The notes beneath the pieces are model-generated. The model was not told the DNA's origin. It made no database searches and saw only the letters and a list, made by a program, of their open reading frames with translations. From an uncultured beta proteobacterium (GTDB lineage: Bacteria; Pseudomonadota; Gammaproteobacteria; Burkholderiales; Burkholderiaceae): a stretch of DNA of 32,000 nucleotides. This document shows, piece after piece, positions 1-6,512 of the stretch. The position numbers were made by a program, and so were the translations under genes. The stretch is from NCBI GenBank assembly GCA_903871735.1, contig CAIQHU010000127.1, positions 1 to 32,000 of the forward strand. The letters run 5' to 3'. Positions within the stretch are counted from its first letter, which is position 1, and the number at the start of each line of letters is the position of its first letter.

Positions 1-210
1 AGTGTCAACGCACTTGACAGTGGTTTGCCCAAGTTGTCAGTGCGCCTAAAACGCGAGATGTGTGTGCTGTATGTGTTGCTTGAAACTGTATGTGATATTG
101 CATTTGTGGTGCCTGAAGTGCCTGATCAAAACATCAATGCTGTTTCGAGTGCAGCAGAAAAGTTGAAGTTGCAGCAGTTGTTACGGAAATTACATAGCAA
201 AAAGGACTGA
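1..210 (+). CDS. 3' end of an unknown protein-coding gene, truncated by the window start
   Basis: Frame 1 is open from nt 1 to the TGA at 208-210. The stop lies 1 nt before the ATG of the next gene, whose AAGGA Shine-Dalgarno (202-206) is inside this ORF, an operon-like arrangement. No recognisable domain. Confidence 0.4.
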   Translation, partial: SVNALDSGLPKLSVRLKREMCVLYVLLETVCDIAFVVPEVPDQNINAVSSAAEKLKLQQLLRKLHSKKD

Positions 211-211
211 T

Positions 212-766
212 ATGAAAATACCATTTACAGAAGAAGAAATGAATGTTGGTAAAGTTTTGTTATTGCAATTTAATCACAAGTTGAAAATTAAAGAACTTAA
301 AACTATATTGCGTGCAAAAAGTGTAAAAGAAATTCAATCTGATGTTGACCCTTTCCAAAAATACTTGAATAGTTTGTTTTTTCAGTCAACCCCTTTTGGT
401 CATCCAAGCAATCACTTCTACACCAGAAACTATTTTGTAGTTGGTGATCAAGCACAATCCACGTTTTTAGCTATGAAAAATAATGGTTACGTAGCGTCTT
501 TTACTATTGATAAATTTATTCTTGTTGATTTACATAATGCCACTATCTGTGCAGAGAGCATTCGACGTACGCGAAAATGTTTTGCTGAGATTTTCTCAAA
601 TCACTCTAATTTTTTTCAACTTGATGATGCAATTACAATGCAAAAAAAATACAAGAAATTATATAAATCAACTAATCTTTTGCAAAATCTTCGTGATACA
701 TACGGGCTTGATGAATTTAATGCAAATGCTGCAATAATCCAAAATTTGATGAAATCTACTTGGTAA
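212..766 (+). CDS. Hypothetical protein, 184 aa, very low-GC orphan
   Basis: ATG at 212 is preceded by AAGGA with a 5-nt spacer. The ORF is uninterrupted. G+C was 23%, 35% and 23% in three 60-nt lines I counted, against 42% in one counted line of the adjacent recombinase gene. No motif recognised. Confidence 0.7.
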   Translation: MKIPFTEEEMNVGKVLLLQFNHKLKIKELKTILRAKSVKEIQSDVDPFQKYLNSLFFQSTPFGHPSNHFYTRNYFVVGDQAQSTFLAMKNNGYVASFTIDKFILVDLHNATICAESIRRTRKCFAEIFSNHSNFFQLDDAITMQKKYKKLYKSTNLLQNLRDTYGLDEFNANAAIIQNLMKSTW

Positions 767-1339
767 CTAAACCAGTTCCACTGCGTTGCGTTTCATTTCG
801 TCATTGACGTCGATGTAGCGCATAGTAGTATTTAGACTGCGATGACCAGCCAAACTTGCCAACACACGCACACTGATACCTTTTTGCGCCAGTGTTGTAA
901 TAAATGTTCTGCGTCCGCTGTGACTGCTGCCTTGAAACACAAGAGCTTTTTTATACAAGTAATGGAACAACTGCGCCAAGGTATTTGCACTAAATGGCTT
1001 TTTGGCGCCACGCAATGTGGTAAACAACGGTTGTGAGTTATCCAGCCATGTTCTTGAACTGATGTATTCTGCCAGTTCGGCTTGTAAGCGCTGATTTAGA
1101 AACACAGTGCGTGCATGTGCGTGTTTGACACGTTCTGCAGCAAAATATACTTCTGTTTTGATACTGCCATCTGTGTTGCGCACGTCCGCCAGTTTTAGTT
1201 GCGCCACTTCGCCCACACGCAAACCTGCTTGCAGTGTGAGCAAAAACATCATTCTGTTGCGCTTGGCATTTGTGTTGGCTTCAATATGTGTCAAGATGGT
1301 TGTTATTTCTGTTTGTGTAAGTGATTTTGCTTGTGCCAT
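767..1339 (-). CDS. Short tyrosine recombinase/integrase family protein (190 aa, catalytic domain only)
   Basis: Candidate catalytic residues occur in the expected order: R in AGLRVGE, H-x-x-R in HSGRRTF, H in AGHRSL and Y in TMRYI. ATG at 1339 is preceded by AGGAG. There is no N-terminal core-binding or arm-binding domain, and the size matches FimB/FimE-type recombinases. Confidence 0.9.
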   Translation of the reverse strand: MAQAKSLTQTEITTILTHIEANTNAKRNRMMFLLTLQAGLRVGEVAQLKLADVRNTDGSIKTEVYFAAERVKHAHARTVFLNQRLQAELAEYISSRTWLDNSQPLFTTLRGAKKPFSANTLAQLFHYLYKKALVFQGSSHSGRRTFITTLAQKGISVRVLASLAGHRSLNTTMRYIDVNDEMKRNAVELV

Positions 1340-2153
1340 TGTGTTCTCCTAATGTTTAAGTTGTTTTTAGTATGTATTCGTTGGTGTGTTTTGGGCAACC
1401 GAAATGTTTTTATGTGTTAAACATTTGTGTTTTGTTCAAAATCAACGGTTTATGTCGGGGTTGTTGTAGTTTGCTTATTCTGTTTGGTCAGGTATTTATG
1501 CAAACAAGTATGGGATGTGTGGGATTTTGACTACACGACAGTGTAGATTTGTTAAAACCTACTACAACAAGCGTATGTGCTATCTGCGGTCATGCGCTAC
1601 ATCTCAGTGGTTTTTGCTTGTATGCAGGTGATTTGATGTGTTGCTTCGTGTTAGCTGCAAAACAGTTGTTGCTTGTGGTATTTCGTGTGCTGTGAGATTT
1701 TTGTGTTTGAGGAAACTGTTGGCACTGGTTATTTGCTATCACTGTGTGTAAGCAAACTGCGTTTGCTTGTGTTTCGCGCAAGCTTCGCTTGTGCTCACAC
1801 CTTTTTTCGGTCTTGCATTTGCGTTTTGCGTTTTGTTTTGCTGTTGGGTTGATTGGGTGGTAGAACTTTTAGGTATACGACGGCTATGTGATTTATTGCT
1901 AAATCAGCATAGTCGTCGCACCGTGTAGCTATAGATTGGTCTGGCGTCACTATAAGCACACGACTGTGAGAACATTTTACGCGAGACAATCGTAGTAGAA
2001 CTCGCAACCTACTGCAGCATTGATTTGCTTGGTAGGCGATGTTGCGGCATTTACTTGTGTTACACACCGTGCTCACAGCCCGTGTGTGTCAAGTCCAGTG
2101 TCATTAGCCGTCATATTACAAACTGGGTTTTTACACTTTGTTAGAGCAGTTGT
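1340..2153. other. ORF-poor, strongly strand-asymmetric region (G/T-rich and C-poor on the plus strand) with multiple hairpins; function unknown
   Basis: No plus-strand ORF of 60 aa or more lies within it. The minus-strand ORFs here are low-complexity and expected from stop-codon depletion in A/C-rich sequence. Plus-strand C counts were 5, 6, 7 and 7 per 60 nt in lines 1381, 1441, 1621 and 1801. Confidence 0.55.
1878..1918. repeat. Near-perfect 17-bp stem hairpin/palindrome with a 6-nt loop
   Basis: cgacggctatgtgattt (1878-1894) pairs with aaatca-g-catagtcgtcg (1901-1918). That gives 16 Watson-Crick pairs, one G:T pair (1883:1913) and a single-nt bulge (g1907). Confidence 0.8.
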
Positions 2154-2501
2154 TTATCTGCTGTTGTTTGCCTGATGTTGTTGCCTGAGTTGTTTGAACA
2201 GTTTTCTGTTTGCTTGTGTGCCTATGTTTAGTATGGTACGTGCCTGTGTTGTTGTGAGTTTTTTTCGTTTCGTGCTGTTGCGCATGGCTTGGGTGTACAT
2301 TTTCAGTTGTTGAAGTTGTGATGGCTGTAATATGTTTTGGTGATTTTGCTGTAAAGCAGCGGCTACTCGTTGCGCTTGAAGTACTACGACTGGCAAATCC
2401 TGAAACTGTTTTTCTGTAATGCCGTTCTGTTTCAACCATGCTGTTGTTTGAACATCGTTGGTTTTTGTCAGCTGTTGTTGTGTGCGTGTTAAATCATCCA
2501 T
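2154..2501 (-). CDS. Possible small Gln-rich protein (about 115 aa from the ATG at 2501)
   Basis: The ORF track starts at a TTG (2537), and an internal ATG at 2501 gives MDDLTRTQ... The segment AWLKQNGITEKQFQDLPVVVLQAQRVAAAL looks protein-like, and LTTTQARTILNIGTQANRKLF could be a helix-turn-helix. However, A/C-rich sense composition inflates ORF length and a second overlapping ORF exists in another frame. Confidence 0.35.
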   Translation of the reverse strand: MDDLTRTQQQLTKTNDVQTTAWLKQNGITEKQFQDLPVVVLQAQRVAAALQQNHQNILQPSQLQQLKMYTQAMRNSTKRKKLTTTQARTILNIGTQANRKLFKQLRQQHQANNSR

Positions 2502-2663
2502 GCAGTTATTTAGCTCGCACCAAACAATACCTTGCAATAACTGGAGGTTTATTTAGTGGTTTTGTGGGGTTTTGGCGAAATTGGTTTGGCAGTTGTGTTT
2601 CAGGTTGCTCACCAGCCTATTTCCCAACTACAGTTAGTGAACTCGAACAACTGGGAAAATGAA

Positions 2664-3101
2664 ATGACGCTAACAACACTGAAACTAACTGATGCCAAGA
2701 AGCCACGCAATGTGGCGCCTGTTATTGTACGTAGACGCAAGTTGGAACTGCGTGTTTGGCAACAGATTGAACTGGCAAAAGCGCAACAGACAGGTGCAAG
2801 CTACACTGTCAAACGTTTTCGCAGCTACACAGACAAAACAACTGGTGCACGCATGCAGATTGAAACTGACGTTCGCGTAAAACCATGGTGGTTTGTGACA
2901 GATGGTGGCAAGTTAGCCATCAGTGTGCGCTATGGCAGCCGTGTTTTAGAACTTGCGCCAAAAAAATACGCTGTGGAAGTTGCAAGCGAACGAGAACTGG
3001 TCAAAACTTTGGATGCCATCAAAACAGCTGTGGCCATGGGCGAACTTGACGCACAGATTGAACTGGCAAGTGGACTGCTTAAAAAAGGTTTTGGCAAATA
3101 G
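2664..3101 (+). CDS. Hypothetical protein, 145 aa, with a basic N-terminus
   Basis: An ATG at 2664 (MTLTTLKLTDAKKPRN...) is preferred over the track's upstream alternative start at 2556, whose 36 extra residues look non-protein-like. The sequence is balanced and protein-like (KPWWF, GELDAQIELA). It resembles uncharacterised proteobacterial island proteins that I cannot name with certainty. Confidence 0.75.
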   Translation: MTLTTLKLTDAKKPRNVAPVIVRRRKLELRVWQQIELAKAQQTGASYTVKRFRSYTDKTTGARMQIETDVRVKPWWFVTDGGKLAISVRYGSRVLELAPKKYAVEVASERELVKTLDAIKTAVAMGELDAQIELASGLLKKGFGK

Positions 3102-3257
3102 TGCATGGGTGATGCGTACACATAAATATCTGTATGCATCGCTACCTTGTTACGCTTCGCGTCAAATCGCAAATGGTCAAAACCATCATCTTCGCTGACA
3201 GCACCGTACACGCAAGACTGTTGGGTGAATGGCATTACGGCATTGGCTCTGTAGTCA

Positions 3258-3440
3258 GTGCGCTTGAATGAAACACATGTTGTTGCGGCACAAACACCAG
3301 CGCAAGCGCGAATAAAATCACTACAAACTCAAGCTGCTCGTGCCAAGCAAGTGTATCGCACTGAAAAAGCGCGACAGAAAGTTGCTCAAGCACAGCAACA
3401 GTTGGTCAAGACTACACAAGCCAGTGTCAAAACAGCTTGA
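3258..3440 (+). CDS. Possible small Ala/Gln/Lys-rich protein (60 aa, GTG start)
   Basis: The ORF is open in the same direction as 2664..3101. It is low-complexity and coiled-coil-like, has a GTG start and no clear Shine-Dalgarno. It could be a composition artefact. Confidence 0.25.
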   Translation: MRLNETHVVAAQTPAQARIKSLQTQAARAKQVYRTEKARQKVAQAQQQLVKTTQASVKTA

Positions 3441-3578
3441 TTGGTTTGTTTGTATCTTGATTTACAGTTAGTGAAACCGCGAAATTGCATTGATATCACG
3501 GGTTTTTGTTTGTGAAACACGTGCATTTGCAAAACTATCTCTGCTGTCACGGCATGCTATGCGCAAATACTTGGCAAC

Positions 3579-3608
3579 AAAAAACCCACTGCGTTTCCAC
3601 AGTGGGTT
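3579..3608 (-). terminator. Rho-independent terminator downstream of the porin gene
   Basis: A 9-bp perfect stem AACCCACTG (3583-3591) / CAGTGGGTT (3600-3608) has an 8-nt loop. On the minus strand it is followed by a T-tract (plus-strand A-run 3579-3584, the last two nt of which also form the first two stem positions). It lies about 50 nt after the porin stop. Confidence 0.8.
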
Positions 3609-3657
3609 GAGTTTACTTCTGTCTTCTAAAGCCAAGTAGGTTTATACCTACACGGAA

Positions 3658-4860
3658 TTAGAATGTGTGGATAAGACCAACTACGTAACCGTTTGCATTT
3701 CCAGGATTGTTGGCACTTCCTGCGCTACCTGCTAAAGCAGAATTACAAACTGTTGGAGTTGAACTTGAGTTACAAAATACTGGGCTATAGTTGTTAGCTA
3801 GTGTACCGCCAACTTGGTTGTTACCCTTGGCATCTTTTGTCATGGTGATTTGCGAATACAATCTAGTACGCTTGCTCAACATGTAGTGTGCTTGCAAGTT
3901 GATCATTTCTGCTTGGAATGTAGTTTTACCATAGTTAGCACCTAACAAGATTTTAGGTGTTGCTTGGTAGCCAACGCCGAAAAGTCCTTGGCCAGTGCTT
4001 TGGTTAGTCGTTGCTGCACCAGCACTACCGCCGTTGTTATTTCTACCATGGTTATAGATTGCACCAACTTCGATAGCTGGAGTTACTTTATATTTCAAAC
4101 CAACAGCGTAACCTTCACGATTGGTTGTTGTTGCATTCGCTGCTGCAGCGTTGCCGTTTCCAGTAGCAGCTGTACCTGCAGTACTTGCACGTAGACCTTT
4201 CATGTTATTGTAAGCAGCAGTGAACTGGAGATTTTTGATACTTTTGTTGACCAAGTGTGCTGCGAACATTGTGCCATCATCACCATTGTCAACTGTGTTG
4301 TTCATACCAATCTGAACCGCCGCATTTGTTGCCATGATTGTGGGTGTTGCATAAGTGATAGAGTTGGAAATTTGATCACCAACAGAGCTACCAGTTACAG
4401 TACGCCACTGGTGCGCTGTGTTACCAGATACAGGCAACATTTGTCCTGTTGCAATGATGTAGGCATTTCCACGACGGCCTAAAAACACTTCACCTAACTT
4501 TGCATCAGCCAAGCTGACGTTGGCAGCGCGACGGAATAGACCAGAGCTGTGTGTGCCACCACTGGTTGTCAAAATATCGCTTTCTAAATGGAAGTTGGCT
4601 TTCATACCACCACCCATATCTTCACTACCACGCATACCCCAGGCATTACTAACAATTGTGCCTTCTGTATATGCAAGTTGTGTACCTGTCGTTGCTGCTG
4701 CTGCTGTTGTGCTGGTATATGCAGCGGAAGAGGTATTTGGTACACCAGTTATATATGCTAAACCAGCGTCTAATGCTCCGTACAGCGTTACTGTTGATTG
4801 CGCCTGTGCTGCTGAAGCGAAGGCACCTAATGCCGCGAGGGCGAATAGTGATTTTTTCAT
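3658..4860 (-). CDS. Outer-membrane general porin (Gram-negative trimeric porin family)
   Basis: Signal peptide MKKSLFALAALGAFASAAQA followed by QSTVTLYGALDAG, typical of betaproteobacterial porins. It shows alternating beta-strand patterns and a C-terminal ...GLIHTF ending in Phe. Confidence 0.92.
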   Translation of the reverse strand: MKKSLFALAALGAFASAAQAQSTVTLYGALDAGLAYITGVPNTSSAAYTSTTAAAATTGTQLAYTEGTIVSNAWGMRGSEDMGGGMKANFHLESDILTTSGGTHSSGLFRRAANVSLADAKLGEVFLGRRGNAYIIATGQMLPVSGNTAHQWRTVTGSSVGDQISNSITYATPTIMATNAAVQIGMNNTVDNGDDGTMFAAHLVNKSIKNLQFTAAYNNMKGLRASTAGTAATGNGNAAAANATTTNREGYAVGLKYKVTPAIEVGAIYNHGRNNNGGSAGAATTNQSTGQGLFGVGYQATPKILLGANYGKTTFQAEMINLQAHYMLSKRTRLYSQITMTKDAKGNNQVGGTLANNYSPVFCNSSSTPTVCNSALAGSAGSANNPGNANGYVVGLIHTF

Positions 4861-5122
4861 TCGTAAATCTCCATGTGATTTAAAAAAACATACTTTAAAA
4901 ACTACATCCCCAAATTTAGAGGAATAATGTAATCATCCTCTAAAGCTGTTCCAATTTCATTAAATGTTTAATTGTTAGTGTTGTTTTTTGCATAATTTTG
5001 ACTAATTTAATCTGTATTGTTGCTTGTTCGCAACGGTTTTTTAAGTGTTTTACTGCTTGTAAAGGTCGTTTTCATGATTTTTTTAATTGCCGAATTTTTC
5101 ATCATTTTCCTTTTTTAGTCTT

Positions 5123-5887
5123 TTACTGATTTTCCTCCAACCCCTCCTCTTTAGGTTGGTAAAACCTGGCAATTAAAAGACCTAACTCGTACAGGACGCA
5201 AAGGGGTATGGCTAAAAGTAGTTGTGATAGTACATCTGGCGGTGTTACCACAGCTGCAACTACAAATGCACCCACGATAATATAAGGCCGAATTTCCTTT
5301 AATTTTTCCAACTTAACCATTCTTAATCGGACTAAGACAACCACAACTACTGGCACTTCAAAGGTAAAGCCAAAGGCAAGGAATGTTGTCATGGCAAAAC
5401 TGAGATATTTATCAATATCAGTACTCATATCTGCACCTAAAGGTTCGTTGTAACTCACCATGAAGGAAAATACGGTCGGAAATACTAGCAAGTAAGCAAA
5501 TGCCATTCCTATTAAAAATAGTGTGTAAGTACTCACAACCAAGGGTATGACTAGTTTCTTTTCATGCTGGTAAAGGCCCGGTGCTACAAATGCCCAAACC
5601 TGATAAATAACTACTGGTAAAGCCAACACAAAGGCTGCCATTAAAGTTACCTTAATGGGTACAAAAAAAGATCCTGTTACATCCGTAACAATCATATGAG
5701 CGCCTTTTGGCAGAACGTCAAGCAAAGGCCTTGCTAGCAATTGAAAAATGTCTGGGGCCCAATACACCATCCCAAAAAAGAGCACAATCACCGAAATGCT
5801 CGCTTTAATGATCCGATCTCGAAGTTCTACTAAATGCGTAAAAAAATTTTCTTCTGGAGCTACCGGCTCTTCAGGTATTTCACTCAT
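5123..5887 (-). CDS. tatC: Twin-arginine translocase subunit TatC
   Basis: 254-aa polytopic membrane protein with a TatC-like N-terminus (FFTHLVELRDRIIK). It follows tatA-tatB in the canonical order. Confidence 0.95.
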   Translation of the reverse strand: MSEIPEEPVAPEENFFTHLVELRDRIIKASISVIVLFFGMVYWAPDIFQLLARPLLDVLPKGAHMIVTDVTGSFFVPIKVTLMAAFVLALPVVIYQVWAFVAPGLYQHEKKLVIPLVVSTYTLFLIGMAFAYLLVFPTVFSFMVSYNEPLGADMSTDIDKYLSFAMTTFLAFGFTFEVPVVVVVLVRLRMVKLEKLKEIRPYIIVGAFVVAAVVTPPDVLSQLLLAIPLCVLYELGLLIARFYQPKEEGLEENQ

Positions 5888-5896
5888 TCAATTCCT

Positions 5897-6448
5897 CTAA
5901 CCAAAGAAAGATTTAGAGGGGTTGGCATGAATCGTCGCTCGACGAAATCGCTTTACCCGGGCCGAGCCCGATTGAACCCTTGTCTTAAATCCGCTAGCGC
6001 GCTTAAACCAAAGCGGGATAGCTCCCTTTTTATTTCTCCAGGAGGTTTTCCCTTGGCGAGTATTGCCTTTATAAATTCTGCCAAGCTCTGGATACGGGTT
6101 ACTGTCGGAGGTGCCTGATGACCATATTGGATCTTCATCAGTAATCGACTTGGTTGACGCATTCAGGTCATCACTCACCCTAGATACTTCTGATGAAACG
6201 GCCTGATCAAATCCCTTAAAATCATTCTTAGCACTAGTAAAGGCCTCTGTAGCGGCCTCTTTCATCTTGCGCAACTCTTCTTGCTCCATTTGCCGGCCAA
6301 CCTCTTCTTTAACCTCAGACATATAGCGTTGGGCCCGACCAAATAAATTCCCAGCAGTTCGGGCCAGCTTAGGCAAACGCTCCGGGCCCAAAACAATCAG
6401 TGCCACTACCGAAATTAAGACAATCTTGGTAACGCCAATATCAATCAT
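5897..6448 (-). CDS. tatB: Twin-arginine translocase subunit TatB
   Basis: N-terminus MIDIGVTKIVLISVVALIVLGPERLPKLARTAG is the TatA/B-family TM plus amphipathic helix. It has a long basic C-terminal tail and sits between tatA and tatC. Confidence 0.9.
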   Translation of the reverse strand: MIDIGVTKIVLISVVALIVLGPERLPKLARTAGNLFGRAQRYMSEVKEEVGRQMEQEELRKMKEAATEAFTSAKNDFKGFDQAVSSEVSRVSDDLNASTKSITDEDPIWSSGTSDSNPYPELGRIYKGNTRQGKTSWRNKKGAIPLWFKRASGFKTRVQSGSARVKRFRRATIHANPSKSFFG

Positions 6449-6512
6449 GTACGATTAACCATTTCATACTTTCCCAAAATTGCTTTTTAAGGTACTTCGA
6501 TGACCAAGCGAT

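Noticed and set aside
1415-1421. GTTAAAC, which matches the integron attC/attI core GTTRRRY
   Set aside because: It is a single 7-mer with no matching RYYYAAC partner, no attC-like imperfect palindrome and no integron-type (about 320-aa) integrase. It lies in the loop and 3' arm of a simple AT-rich hairpin (1402-1426).
71-1646. 11-nt direct repeat ATGTGTTGCTT (71-81 and 1636-1646), with GAAACTGT nearby in both places, considered as silent cassettes or gene-conversion donors
   Set aside because: Both regions are G/T-rich and low in complexity. A rough estimate with the skewed base composition predicts about one such match by chance, and the spacing of the two words differs (2 nt against about 65 nt).
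1590-2439. Minus-strand ORFs of 63, 93 and 102 aa (1590..1781, 1795..2076, 2131..2439)
   Set aside because: The translations are low-complexity and Cys/Gln/Thr/Asn-rich, with no start context. The minus strand here is depleted in T and G, so stop codons are rare and long ORFs arise by chance. The 102-aa ORF also overlaps another ORF in a different frame.
2556-2663. N-terminal extension of the 2556..3101 ORF (track start at 2556)
   Set aside because: The extra 36 residues (MVLWGFGEIGLAVVFQ...) come from the G/T-rich intergenic sequence that contains the GGTTTTG repeats. The ATG at 2664 begins the protein-like part.
2930-3235. 101-aa minus-strand ORF and 81-aa plus-strand ORF overlapping 2664..3101
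   Set aside because: They are antisense or alternative frames of a better, protein-like ORF, with unconvincing composition.
3964-4927. Plus-strand ORFs antisense to the porin gene (76, 75, 135 and 75 aa)
   Set aside because: They are Cys- and Val-rich shadows of a confidently identified porin CDS.
5834-6162. 94-aa plus-strand and 69-aa minus-strand alternative-frame ORFs over tatB/tatC
   Set aside because: They overlap confidently assigned tat genes and have no independent support.
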